From contig NIVC01002559.1 in NCBI GenBank assembly GCA_002269645.1, forward strand, positions 1 to 64,000: DNA of 64,000 nucleotides, read 5' to 3'. The notes beneath the pieces are model-generated. The model saw only the letters and a list, made by a program, of their open reading frames with translations. It was not told the DNA's origin and did no database searches. Position numbers and translations under genes: made by a program. The DNA is from Macrostomum lignano (taxonomy: Eukaryota). This document shows, in pieces, positions 1-13,700 of the stretch (positions are counted from its first letter, which is position 1; every line of letters starts with the position of its first letter).

Positions 1-877
1 GTTGACGTGTTGTTTGTCTGTCTGTGTGTCATTTCGACAACTCCTCCTTGAATAGTGGCAACTCAGCGTTGAAACTTATATGGGAAGATTGGAAATTATC
101 CGAGGTCGGCTATAGGCTATTTTAATTCTGAAATTTTAATTTCTAAGATCCTCAAAAAAGCAGAAAACGCGGCTCTGACCTTTGATAATCTTAATTGTCC
201 CCTCTTTCTGCTTGGAGCTGAAAAATGCATGAATTTTTAGTGATTGCGCCACAACTTTTCCCTATCTCTGTAGTGTATTTTCTTTCCAGTGGGGGTGGAG
301 CGTTCTCAGTGGCTGCGTGTGTACACTTGGACCCTGGCTCACTGGCTGACTTTATAGATAATTGCGCAATGATATGGCTACTGATAAGTTTTCCTGCCTA
401 TCAATGGCAGTCCTGTGTATTTGTTGGACATTGAAATTCAATGCATCAACTTGCAAAGCAGGCAGTGAACGTACACTCGATACTTCAATGCTATAAATCA
501 GACAGTTTCAAACGCTAACTGTTCCTCGAGTTTTAAACTTTGAGAGGAGAAACTTATATTGCTGGCAAGATCTTGCAACGCTGAGTTCGGGGATATAAGT
601 TGTTTGCTTTAATATGAAAAGAAAAAGCACAGCATTTGAAAAACATTTCCAATACTTTTAACTTTTGCAAATATTGTACTCTTTTGCAAGATAATGTTTG
701 GGGGGAGGGTTCAACTTCTCACTGCTGCTGTGATTGGAGGGTTGATTTAGATTGCGCAATTTTTGTTAACTTACCTGAGGCTGATACTGACTGACTGTGA
801 AATCGGTTGCGCAATGAATTGATTCAATTAGTTCAATATTTTTATCTGTGCCTTTTAACACGAAGCTGTGCGTAGTT

Positions 878-905
878 CTAACCCTAACCCTAACCCTAAC
901 CCTAA
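878..905 (-). repeat. Interstitial telomere-type (TTAGGG)n tract, one per array unit
   Basis: (CCCTAA)3-5 on the + strand at ~878, 3544, 5883, 8111, 11265, 12453, 15235, 17508 and 20103, always at the same position within the unit. Confidence 0.9.
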
Positions 906-1294
906 TGAATCTGGCGAGTTGAGTTGTTTGACGCGAAAAAATTCGATTAAGTCAAGTTTACGGAGACGATTTCAATGTTTAAATTCTGACGGAGAAGATT
1001 TCTGTTTCGTGGAGAGGATTTCGATGATGTTCAGTTTCACGAAAGGATTTCCATGTGTTCAGTTTCACGAGAGGATTTCGATCATGTTCAGCTTCACGGA
1101 GAGGCTTTCTGTTTCGCGGAGATAATTTATGATTGATTTCTGTTTTATGGAAACAATTTTGATGGATTTCAGTTTCAAGAGAGGATTTCGAAGGAGTCCA
1201 GTTTCACTGAGAGGATTTCGATGGTTTTTAGTTGCACAGACAGGATTTTTGCTTCGCGGAGAGGATTTGATGGATTTGGCATCTTCAATCAGTC

Positions 1295-2000
1295 AGAGAA
1301 GAGAGTAAAGAGAAGACTGAAAAGAGAAGAGAGAAGAGATGATAGAAAACAGAGTAAAATTGAGTGGAGAGATTAGACATGACGATTGGAGATGATAGGA
1401 GAGAGAATAGATGAGGGATAAGAGCGTACAGAGCAATAGAAGAGAGGGGAGAGTAGAGGAGAAAGAAAGAGTGAGATGAGGAGATGAGGAGATGAGGATG
1501 AGCAGAGGAGGGAGAGAGGAGACAGGAGAGAGTACAGACGAAGACTAGGAGAAGATATAAATAAGGTAGTAAAGATGAGAGGAGAGAGAGGAAGAGAAGC
1601 GAAAGGAGAAGAGAGTGAGGAGAGAGGAGAGAGATGAAAGGAGCAAGGAAAGGAGAAAAGAGAGAATGGAGAGAATAGAAAAGAGAGAAGAGAAGAGACA
1701 GGGGATAGTGAAAAGGAGGAAGAAAGATGGAGACAAGAAAGTAGTGTCAGAGCGTATATGAAATATGAGAAATGAGAGCAGAGAGAAGAGAAAAGAGAAG
1801 AGAGAGAGAGGGTTAAGAGAGACGATAGATAAGTGAGTAGAAGATGACATATGAGAGAGGAGAGAAGAGGAGAGATAAGAGTGAAGAGGGAGACAGAAGA
1901 CAGGAGAAGGTACAGACGAAAGACAGGGAGAAGAGATAAATAAGGGAGCAGGGGTAGAGAATGAGATGAGAGAGAGGAGAGAGGAGATATGAGAGACTTG
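1295..2000 (+). repeat. GA-rich polypurine low-complexity tract of the array unit
   Basis: Strongly purine-biased tract. Homologous tracts lie at ~3780-4790, 6300-7010, 8665-9780, 12760-13650, 15485-16460 and 17895-18970; units 5 and 9 lack it. It produces the spurious S/L/F-rich minus-strand ORFs. Confidence 0.9.
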
Positions 2001-5000
2001 AGAGTCTTTGAGCTATGGTCTTTGAAAGATTTTGTAAAGAATTTGGAGACGATTTGGAAGATAGGGTTAAAGACATGGAATTTCAGTTGATGGATATTTC
2101 AGGGAATAGAATTCCGGTGATGGGAGCTTCCCCTTTCTCCTCCGAAGGAGGAGTTCCACTCTCTATATATACTAAAGTTGACGTGTTGTTTGTCTGTTGT
2201 CTGTCTGTGCTGTCATTTCGACAACTCCTCCTTGAATAGTGGCAACTCAGCGTTGAAACTTATATGGAAGATTGGAAATTATCCGAGGTCGGCTATAGGC
2301 TTTTTAATTCTGAAATTTTAATTTCTAAGATCCTCAAAAAAGCAGAAAACGGCGGTCTTGACCTTTGATAATCTTAATTGTCCCTCTTTCTGCTCGGAGC
2401 TGAAAATTTGCATGAATTTTAAGTGATTGCGCCATAAAATTTTGCTACCTTGGCAGTGTATTTTCTCTCCAGTGGGGGGATGGGGCGTTCTAAATGGCTG
2501 GCGTGTACATCGGACCCTGGCTCACCGGCTGACTTTATAGACAATTGCGCAAAGATTTGTGTCTAATTTTCAATAGGCAGCCCTGTGATTTTGTTGAACC
2601 TTGAAATTCAATGCATAAACTTGCGGGCCTCTTTAGCAGGCAGTGAACGTACATTGATATTTTCAATGCTTTAAATCAGAAAGTTTAAACGCTAACTGTT
2701 GCTCGAGTTTTTAACTTTGAGAGAAAAAATTAATATTGCTGGAAAGAACTTGCAAACGCTGATTTCAGGGATATAATTGTTTGCTTTAAATATGAAAAAA
2801 AAGCACAGCATTGAAAAAACTATTTCCATACTTTTAACTTTCTGCAAAAATTGTACTCAGTTTTGCGAGACGTAATAGATAAAGTTTGGGGGAGGGTTCA
2901 ACTTCTTACTGCTGCTGTGTATTGGAGGGTTGATTTAGATTGCGCAATGTTTTTGTTAACTTTAACTGAGACTGATACTGACTGACTGTGAAATCGGTTG
3001 CGCCATCAATTTGTTTTATTATCTGTGCCTTTCAATAGGCTGCCCTGTGTAATAGCCAGCCTGTGTAATGAATGAATAAATTTGCGAGCCTCTTTGGCAG
3101 GCAGTGAACGTACACGCGATATTTCAATGCCTTAAAACGGGAACTTTCAAACGCTAACTGCTCTTCGAGTTCTAAACTTTAAGAGAAGATACTTATCCTG
3201 CTGAAAAGATCTTGCAACGCTGAGTTCGAGGATATAAATTGTTTGCTATAAATATAAAGACTAAAAGAGCAGCATCAAAAAAACTATTTCCATACTTTTA
3301 GCTTTATGCAAAGATTGTACTCATTTTTTGGTTCAATGCCCCCAACAGTTCGGCGTTCAATTTCTAACTGCTACTGCGTATTGAAAAGAGGTCGGTCTCT
3401 GTGTACTGGAGGGTTGATTTAGATTGCGCAATCTTTTTGTTAACTTTAACTGAGACTGATACTGACTGACTGAGAAATCGGTTGCGCAATCAATTGATTC
3501 AATTGGTTCAATTTTTATTTGAACACGCAGCTGTGTGTAGCTTTAACCCTAACCCTAACCCTAACAATAACCCTAACCAATGAATCCTGATATTTATTTT
3601 TTTGACGGAGAAAATTTCGATTGAGTCCAGTTTAAAAGAGAGAATTTCGATGGTTTTCAGTTTCACGGAAAGGATTTCGAAGGAGTCCAGTTTCACGGAG
3701 AGGATTTCGATGGTTTTCAGTTGCACGGACAGGATTTCTGCTTCGCGGAGAGGATCTTGATGGATTTGGCATCTTCAATCAGTCAGAGAAAAGAGTAAAG
3801 AGAAGAATGAAAGCAGAAGAGAGATTAGATGATAGAAAACAGAGTAGAAATAAGTGGAGATATTAGACATGACAGATTGGAGAGAAGAGGGGATTTAGGC
3901 GGGAACGAAGAGGGAGAGAGAAGAAAAGAGGAGAGAGGAGAGAAAATAGATTAGGGATAAGAGCGTACAGAGAAAATAGAAGAGAGGGGAGAGTAGAGGA
4001 GAAAGAAAGAGTGAGATGAGGGGATGAGGGATGAGAGAGGAGGGGAGACAGGAGAGACAAGAAAGGAGAAAAGAGGGGAGAAAGGAGAAAGGAGAGAGTA
4101 GAGACGAAGGACCAGTTAGAAGATATAAATACGGTAGTAGAGATGAGAGGAGAGATAGGAGAGAGAAGCGAGAGAAGAAGCGAGAGGAGAAGAGAAAGAG
4201 GAGAGAGGAGAGAGATGAAATAGATAAGAGAGTTAAGAGAGGAAAGTAGTGAGGAGAGGAGAGATGAGAGATGCGATGATAAGAGATGAGTGAGAACATA
4301 AGAGAGAAGAGAGAAGAGATTAGAGAAGAGAGGGGAGAAGATAAAAGGAGCAAGGGGAGGAGAAAAGAGAGAATGGAGAGGATAGAAAAGAGAGAAGAGA
4401 AGAGACAGGGAAAAGTGGAAAGGAGGAAAGAAAGATTGGAGACAAGTAAGTGGAGTGTGAGAGCGTATATGAGATATGAGAAATGAGAGCAGAGAGGAAA
4501 GAAAAGAGAAGAGAGAGAGGGTTAAGAGAGACGATAGATAAGTGAATAGGGATGACATATAAAAGAGGAGAGAAGAGGGAGAGATAAGAGAGAAGAGAGA
4601 AGACAGGAGACAGAAGTGAAGAGGAGAGATATGAGAGAAGAGAGGAGACAAGAGACAGGAGAGGGTACAGACGAAAGACGAGGGAGAAAACATAAATAAG
4701 GGAGTACGGGTAGAGATGAGATGAGAGAGAGGAGAGAGAAGAGAGTCACGATAATAGCACAGAGTGGAGAGAGTAGATATGAGAGACGTGAGAGTCTTTG
4801 AGCTATGGTCTTTGAAAGGTTTTCTAAAGAATTTGGAGACGATTTGGAAGATAGGGTTCAAGACATGGAATTTCAGTTCATGGATATTTCAGGGAATGGA
4901 ATTCCGGTGATGGGAGTTCTTCCCCTTTCTCCTCCGAAGGAGGAGTTCCACTTATATACTAAAGTTGACGCGTTGTTTGTCTGTCTGTGTGTCATTTCGA

Positions 5001-5496
5001 CAACTCCTCCTTGAATAGTGCCAACTCAGCGTTGAAACTTATATGGGAAGATTGGAAATTATCCGAGGTCGGCTATAGGCTATTTTAATTCTGAAATTTT
5101 AATTTCTAAGATCCTCAAAAAAGCAGAAAACGGCGGTCTTGACCTTTGATAATCTTAATTGTCCCCTCTTTCTGCTTGGAGCTGAAAAATGCATGAATTT
5201 TTAGTGATTGCGCCACAACTTTTCCCTATCTCTGTAGTGTATTTTCTTTCCAGTGGGGGGTGGGAGCGTTCTCAGTGGCTGCGTGTGTACACTTGGACCC
5301 TGGCTCACTGGCTGACTTTATAGATAATTGCGCAATGATATGGCTACTGATAAGTTTTCCTGCCTTTCAATGGGCAGTCCTGTGTATTTGTTGGACATTG
5401 AAATTCAATGCATCAACTTTCAAGCAGGCAGTGAACGTACACTCGATACTTCAATGCTATAAATCAGACAGTTTCAAACGCTAACTGTTCCTCGAG

Positions 5497-5553
5497 AGGC
5501 CAAACAGGCTTCTTGCCTGAGCCAACTTACTTACTACTTACTTACTTACTTAC
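5497..5553 (+). mobile_element. 57 bp insertion ending in an (ACTT)n tail, probably a severely 5'-truncated retroelement
   Basis: Other units read CTCGAG|TTTTAAACTTTGAG. This unit has AGGCCAAACAGG..GAGCCAAC(TTAC)n inserted at that point. Confidence 0.5.
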
Positions 5554-8500
5554 TTTAAACTTTGAGAGGAGAAACTTATATTGCTGGCAAGATCTTGCAA
5601 CGCTGAGTTCGGGGATATAAGTTGTTTGCTTTAAATATGAAAAGAAAAAGCACAGCTTTAACTTTCTGCAAAGATTGTACTTTAATCTGCAAAGATTGTT
5701 GGGGGGAGGGTTCAACTTCTCACTGCTGCTGTGTATTGGAGGGTCGATTTAGATTGCGCAATGTTTTTGTTAACTTTACCTGAGGCTGATACTGACTGAC
5801 TGTGAAATCGGTTGCGCAATGAATTGATTCAATTAGTTCAATATTTTTATCTGTGCCTTTTAACACGAAGCTGTGCGTAGTTCTAACCCTAACCCTAACC
5901 CTAACCCTAACCCTAATGAATCTGGCGAGTTGAGTTGTTTGACGGAAAAAATTCGATTAAGTCAAGTTTAGCGGAGACGATTTCAATGTTTAAATTCTGA
6001 CGGAGAAGATTTCTGTTTCGTGGAGAGGATTTCGATGTTCAGTTTCACGAAAGGATTTCCATGGTGTTCAGTTTCACGGAGAGGATTTCGATCATGTTCA
6101 GCTTCACGGAGAGGCTTTCTGTTTCGCGGAGATAATTTATGATTGATTTCTGTTTTATGGAAACAATTTTGATGGATTTAAGTTTCAAGGAGAGGATTTC
6201 GAAGGAGTCCAGTTTCACTGAGAGGATTTCGATGGTTTTTAGTTGCACAGACAGGATTTTTGCTTCGCGGAGAGGATCTTGATGGATTTGGCATCTTCAA
6301 TCAGTCAGAGAAGAGAGTAAAGAGAAGACTGAAAAGAGAAGAGAGAAGAGATGATAGAAAACAGAGTATAATTGAGTGGAGAGATTAGACATGACAGATT
6401 GGAGATGATAGGAGAGAGAATAGATGAGGGATAAGAGCGTACAGAGGCAATAGAAGAGAGGGGAGAGTAGAGGAGAAAGAAAGAGTGAGATGAGGAGATG
6501 AGGGATGAGAGAGGAGGGGAGAGAGGAGACAGGAGAGAGTACAGACGAAAGACTAGGAGAAGATATAAATAAGGTAGTAAAGATGAGAGGAGAGAGAGGA
6601 GAGAGAAGCGAAAGGAGAAGAGAGTGAGGAGAGAGGAGAGAGATGAAAGGAGCAAGGAAAGGAGAAAAGAGAGAATGGAGAGAATAGAAAAGAGAGAAGA
6701 GAAGAGACAGGGGATAGTGAAAAGGAGGAAGAAAGATGGGAGACAAGAAAGTAGTGTCAGAGCGTATATGAAATATGAGAAATGAGAGCAGAGAGAAGAG
6801 AAAAGAGAAGAGAGAGAGAGGGTTAAGAGAGACGATAGATAAGTGAGTAGAGATGACATATGAGAGAGGAGAGAAGAGGGAGAGATAAGAGTGAAGAGAG
6901 GAGACAGAAGACAGGAGAAGGTACAGACGAAAGACGAGGGAGAAGAGATAAATAAGGGAGCAGGGGTAGAGATGAGATGAGAGAGAGGAGAGAGGAGATA
7001 TGAGAGACTTGAGAGTCTTTGAGCTATGGTCTTTGAAAGATTTTGTAAAGAATTTGGAGACGATTTGGAAGATAGGGTTAAAGACATGGAATTTCAGTTG
7101 ATGGATATTTCAGGGAATAGAATTCCGGTGATGGGAGTTCTTCCCCTTTCTCCTCCGAAGGAGGAGTTCCACTCGTATATACTAAAGTTGACGCGTTGTT
7201 TGTCTGTCTGTCTGTGTGTCTGTCTGTCATTTCGACAACTCCTCCTTGAATAGTGGCAACTCAGCGTTGAAACTTATATGGGAAGATTGGAAATTATCCG
7301 AGGTCGGCTATAGGCTATTTTAATTCTGAAATTTTAATTTCTAAAATCCTCAAAAAAGCAGAAAACGGCGGTCTTGACCTTTGATAATCTTAATTGTCCC
7401 CTCTTTCTGCTTGGAGCTGAAAATTTGCATGAATTTCAAGTGATTGCGCCACAACTTTTCCCTATCTCTGCAGTGTATTTTCTCTCCAGTGGGGGATGGG
7501 GCGTTCTAAATGGCTGCCTGTGTACAATCGGACCCTGGCTCACTGGCTGACTGTATAGACAATTGCGCAAAGATTTGTGTTCTAATTTTCAATAGGCAGC
7601 CCTGTGATTTTGTTGAACGTTGAAATTCAATGCATAAACTTGCGGGCTCTTTAGCAGGCAGTGAACGTACAATCGATATTTCAATGCTTTAAATCAGAAA
7701 GTTTCAAACGCAAACTGTTGCTCGAGTTTTTAACTTTGAGAGAAAAAATTTATATTGCTGGAAAGAACTTGCAAAGCTGATTTCAGGGATATAAATTGTT
7801 TGCTTCAAATATGAAAACTAAAAGCTCTGCATTGCAAAAACTATTTCCATACTTTAAACTTTCTGCAAAGATTGTACTCATTTTGGCGAGAGGTGAGAGA
7901 TAAAGTTGGGGGTTTCGACTTCCAACTGGCGCTGTGTATAGGAAGGGGGTCAGTTGCTTTGTATTGGAGGGTTGATTTAGATTGCGCAATGTTTTTGTTA
8001 ACTTTAACTGAGACTGATACTGACTGACTGTGAAATCGGTTGCGCAATGAATTGATTCAATTAGTTCAATAGTTTATCAGTGCCTTTTAACACGAAGCTG
8101 TGCGTAGTTCTAACCCTAACCCTAACCCTAACCAATGAATCCGGAGAGTTGAGTTGTTTGACGGAAAAAATTGATTGAGTCCAGTTTAGCGGAGACGATT
8201 TCAATGTTTTAATTTTGACAAAGAGGATTTCTGTTTCGTGGAGAGGATTTCGATGGTGCTCAGTTTCACGGAGAGGATTTTGATGATGTTCAGCTTCACG
8301 GAGAGGATTTCTGTTTCGCGGAGTTAAATTTATGATTGATTTCTGCTTTATGGAGACGATTTTGATAGATTTAAGTTTCAAGGAGAGGATTTCGAAGGTG
8401 TTCAGTTTCACGGAGAGGATTTCGAAGGTGTTCAGTTTCACGGAGAGGATTTCGATGATGTTCAGCTTCACGGAGAGGATTTCTGTTTCGCGGAGATAAT

Positions 8501-10011
8501 TTATGATTGATTTCTGTTTTATGGAGACGATTTTGATGGATTTAAGTTTCAAGGAGAGGATTTCGAAGGAGTCCAGTTTCACGGAGAGGATTTCGATGGT
8601 TTTCAGTTGCACGGACAGGATTTCTGCTTCGCGGAGAGGATCTTGATGGATTTGGCATCTTCAATCAGTCAGAGAAGAGAGTAAAGAGAAGAATGAAAAG
8701 AGAAGAGAGATGAGATGATAGAAAACAGAGTAGAAATGAGTGGAGAGATTAGACATGACAGATGGGAGAGAAGAGGAAAGTAAGGCGGGAACGAAGGAGA
8801 GAGAAGAGAAGAGGAGAGAGGAGATGAAGGGAGAGGATATGAGAGAGGAGATATGAGATTGCAGAGAGGAGACAGGATGGAGAAGAAAGGAGGGACAAGA
8901 GCGTACAGAGGCAATAGAAGAGAGGAAAGAGAGGAGAGAGGTGAGAGGTGAGAGGAGAGAGATGAAAGATCAGAGATCAGAGATTTAAGAGAAGAAAGTA
9001 GTGAGGAGAAAGAAGAGGGTAAAGATGAGAGTGCAGAGAGGAGAGAAACGAGAGGAGACAGGTGGTAGAAAGGAGTGTAAAAACAGCAGATAAGAAAGGG
9101 GAGGGTGAGAGTGAGAGCATATAGGAAAGTGTAAAAGGGGAGCAGAGGAGAGAGAATATATAAGTGAGTAGAGAAGAGATATGAGAGAGGAAAGACGAGG
9201 GGAGAGAGGAGACAGGAGAGAGTAAATTTGAAAGACCTGGGAGAAGAGATAAAAAAGATAGTACAGATGAGAGGAGAGAGAGAGAGGAGAGATGAGAGAT
9301 GCAATGAGAAAAGAGATGAGTGAGAAAATAAGAGAGAGAAGAGATTAGAGATTAGAGAAGAGATGGGGGAGATGAGAGTAGAGAAGAGAGAATGGAGAGG
9401 AGAGAAAAGAGAAGAGAGGAGACAGGTGATGCAGTAGAAAGGAGGGAAGAAAGATGGGAGATAAGAAAGGAGAGGGTGAGAGCGTATAAGAGATACGAGA
9501 AATGAGAGCAGAGAGAAGAGAGAAAAAAGAAGAGAGAAAGTAGAGCGGAGACGATAGATAAGTGATTAGAGATTAGATATGAGAGAGGAGAGAAAAGGGG
9601 AGAGATAAGATAGAAGATAGGAGAGTAGACAGGATAGGGTACAGACGAAAGACGAGGGAGAAGAGATAAATAAGGGAGTAGAGATAAATAAGAGAGTAGG
9701 GGTAGAGATGAGATGAGAGAGAGGAGAGAGAAGCGAGTCACGATAATAGCGAAGAGAGGAGAGAGTAGATATGAGAGACGTAAGAGTCTTTGAGCTATGG
9801 TCTTTGAAAGATTTTGTAAAGAATTTGGAGACGATTTGGAAGATAGGGTTAAAGACATGGAATTTCAGTTGATGGATATTTCAGGGAATAGAATTCCGGT
9901 GATGGGAGTTCTTCCCCTTTCTCCTCCGAAGGAGGAGTTCCACTCTCTATCTTCTTAATACTAAAGTTGGTGCGTTGTTTGTCTGTGTGTGTGTGTGTTT
10001 GTTGGATAACT

Positions 10012-10747
10012 CCTCCTAGAATACTTGCAAGTCAGCGTTGAAACTTATGTGGGAAAACTGCAAATTTTCCGAGGATGGCTTTAGGCTATTTTAATCTTTT
10101 ATTTTTACATTTTAAGATCCCTAAAAAAGCAGAAAATGGCGGTCTTGACCTTTGATAATCTTAATTGTCCCCTCTTTCTGCTTGGAGCTGAAAATTTGCA
10201 TCAATTTTAGTGATTGCGCCATAAAATTTTTCTATCTTGGCAGTGTATTTTCTCTCAAGTGGGGGATGGTCGCGTTCTCAGTGGCTGCGTGTGTACACTT
10301 GAACCCTGGCTCACTGACTGACTTTATAGACAATTGCGCAACTATTTGTGTTCTGTTTTTTAACAGGAAGCCCTGTGTACCTCCTAGAATACTTGCAAGT
10401 CAGCGTTGAAACTTATGTGGGAAAACTGCAAATTTTCCGAGGATGGCTTTAGGCTATTTTAATCTTTTATTTTTACATTTTAAGATCCCTAAAAAAGCAG
10501 AAAATGGCGGTCTTGACCTTTGATAATCTTAATTGTCCCCTCTTTCTGCTTGGAGCTGAAAATTTGCATCAATTTTAGTGATTGCGCCATAAAATTTTTC
10601 TATCTTGGCAGTGTATTTTCTCTCAAGTGGGGGATGGTCGCGTTCTCAGTGGCTGCGTGTGTACACTTGAACCCTGGCTCACTGACTGACTTTATAGACA
10701 ATTGCGCAACTATTTGTGTTCTGTTTTTTAACAGGAAGCCCTGTGTA
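10012..10747 (+). repeat. 368 bp direct tandem duplication inside array unit 5
   Basis: CCTCCTAGAATACTTGCAAG starts at 10012 and 10380, and the identical ORFs at 10152 and 10520 are 368 bp apart. Confidence 0.9.
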
Positions 10748-13700
10748 TTTTTTGCACAGTGAAATTCAGTGCATTTTAATGCATAAACTTGCGAGCATCT
10801 TTAGCAGGCAGTGAACGTACACTCGATATTTCAATGCTTAAAATCAGAAAGTTTCAAACACTAACTGTTGCTCGAGTTTTGAACTTAGAGAGGAGAGACT
10901 TATATTGCTGGAAAGATCTTGCTGCAATGAGTTCGGGGATATAAGTTTTTTGCTTTAAATATGAAAATTAAATTCACAGCATTCAAGAAAAGATTTTCAT
11001 ACTTTTAGCTTTCTGCAAAGATTTTGCTCATTTTGGAGTTCAATGGGGGTTCGACCGACCCCCCCCCAATAGTTGGTAGGGGGTTCAATTTCTAGCTGCA
11101 CTGCGTATTGGAAGGGGGTCGGTTGCTGTGTATTGGAGGGCTGATTTAGATTGCGCAATCTTTTTGTTAACTTTAACCGACGCTGATACTGACTGCCTGA
11201 GAAATAAGTTGCGCAATTTAATTGGTTCAATGTTTTTACGGCGCCTTTCAACACGCAGCTGTCAACCCTAACCCTAACCCTAACCAATGAATTCTGAGAG
11301 CTGGGCTATTTGACGTAGAAATTTCGATTTAGTCCAGTTTCACGGAGAGGATTTCTATTTCGCGGAGAATATTTCGATGGTGTTCAGTTTCACGGAGAGG
11401 ATTTCGATAGTGTTCAGTTTCACGGAGACGATTTCTGTTGCGCGGAGAGGTGTTGGAAAATGGGATTCCGCTTATGGAGTTCAGGGAATGGAATTCCGCT
11501 GATTGGAGTTCTTCCCCTTTCTTCTCCGAAGGAGGAGTTGGCCTCGTATATACTAAAGTTGACGCGTTGTTTGTCTGTCTGTCTGTCATTTCGACAACTC
11601 CTCCTTGAATAGTGCCAACTCAGCGTTGAAACTTATATGGGAAGATTGGAAATTATCCGAGGTCGGCTATAGGCTATTTTAATTCTGAAATTTTAATTTC
11701 TAAAATCCTCAAAAAAGCAGAAAACGGCGGTCTTGACCTTTGATAATCTTAATTGTCCCCTCTTTCTGCTTGGAGCTGAAAAATGCATGAATTTTTTGTG
11801 ATTGCGCCACAACTTTTCCCTATCTCTGTACTGTATTTTCTCTCCAGTGGGGGGTGGGAGCGTTCTCAGTGGCTGCGTGTGTACACTTGGACCCTGGCTC
11901 ACTGGCTGACTGTATAGATAATTGCGCAATGATATAGCTACTGATAAGTTTTCCTGCCTTTCAATGGGCAGCCCTGTGTATTTGTTGGACATTGAAATTC
12001 AATGCATCAACTTGCAAGCAGGCAGTGAATGTACACTCGATACTTCAATGCTATAAATCAGACAGCTTTAAACGCTAACTGTTCCTCGAGTTTTAAACTT
12101 TGATAGGAGAAACTTATATTGTTGGAAAGATCTTGCAACGCTGAGTTCGGGGATGTAAGTTGTTTGCTTTAAATATGAAAAGAAAAAGCACAGCATTTAA
12201 AAAACTATTTCCATACTTTTAACTTTTTGCAAAAATTGTACTCAGTTTTGCGAGACGTAATAGATAAAGTTAGGGGAGGGTTCAACTTCTCACTGCTGCT
12301 GTGTATTAGAGGGTTGATTTAGATTGCGCAATGTTTTTGTTAACTTTAACTGAGACTGATACTGACTGACTGTGAAATCGGTTGCGCAATGAATTGATTC
12401 AATTAGTTCAATATTTTTATCAGTGCCTTTTAACACGAAGCTGTGTGTAGTTCTAACCCTAACCCTAACCCTAACCCTAGCCAATGAATCCGGAGAGTTG
12501 AGTTGTTTGACGGAAAAAAATTCGATTAAGTCCAGTTTAGTGGAGACGATTTCAATGTTTTAATTTTGACGGAGAGGATTTCTGTTTCGTGGAGATAATT
12601 TATGATTAATTTCTGTTTAATGGAGACGATTTTAATGGATTTAAGTTTGAAGGAGAGGATTTCGAAGGAGTCCAGTTTCACGGAGAGGATTTCGATGGTT
12701 TTCATTTGCACCGACAGGATTTCTGCTTCGCGCAGAGGATTTTGATGGATTTTGCATCTTCAGACAGTCAGAGAAGAGAGTAAAGAGAAGAGCGAAAAGA
12801 GAAGAGAAATGAGATGATAGAAAAGAGAGTAGAAATTAGAGAGGAGAGATGACAGATAGGAGAGAAGAGGGGAGTGATGCGGGAATGAAGAGGGGGACAG
12901 AATAGAAGAGGAGAGAGGAGATGAGATGGGAGATATGAGATAGCAGAGAGGAGACAAGATGGATGAGAAGAGAGAGAAGAGAGACGGGATAGGAGCGTAC
13001 AGGGGAAATAGAAGAGAAGAGAGAGTAAAGGAGAAAGAAAGAATGAGATGAAGGATGAGAGATAAGAGAGGAGGGGAGAGAGAAGAGAGGAGAAAAGAGG
13101 GGAGAAAGGAGACAGGAGAGGGTACAGACGACAGACCAGGGAGAAGATATAAATAAGGTAGTAGAAATGAGAGGAGAAAGAAGCGAAAGGAGTAGAGAGA
13201 GAGGAGAGAGATGAAAGATCAGAGATGAGAGAGTTAAGAGAGGAAAGTAGTGAGGAGAGGAGAGGAGAGATTAGAGATGCGATGAGAAGAGATGAGTGAG
13301 AACATAAGAGAGAAGAGATTAGAGATTAGAGAAGAAAGGGGAGAAGATGAAAGGAGCAACGAAGGGAGAATATAGAGATAAGATAAGTTGATAGATAAGT
13401 GAGTAGAGATGACATATGAGAGAGGAGGGAAGAGGGAGAGATAAGAGAGAAGAGAGAAGACAGGAGACAGAAGTGAAGAGGAGAGATATGAGAGAAGAGA
13501 GGAGACAAGAGACAGGAGAAGGTACAGACGAAAGACGAGGGACAAGAAATAAATAAGGGAGTAGGGATAGAGATGAGATGAGAGAGAGGAGAGAGAAGAG
13601 AGAGAAGAGAGTCACGATAATAGCGAAGAGAGGAGAGAGGAGATATGAGAGACGTGAGAGTCTTTGAGCCATGGTCTTTGAAAAGTTTTGTAAAGAATTT

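Noticed and set aside
2015-2239. Recurrent ~70 aa ORF MVFERFCKEFGDDLED.. at several junctions
   Set aside because: It recurs only because the unit is repeated. It spans the junction, is built from ~20 bp subrepeats and changes frame between copies.
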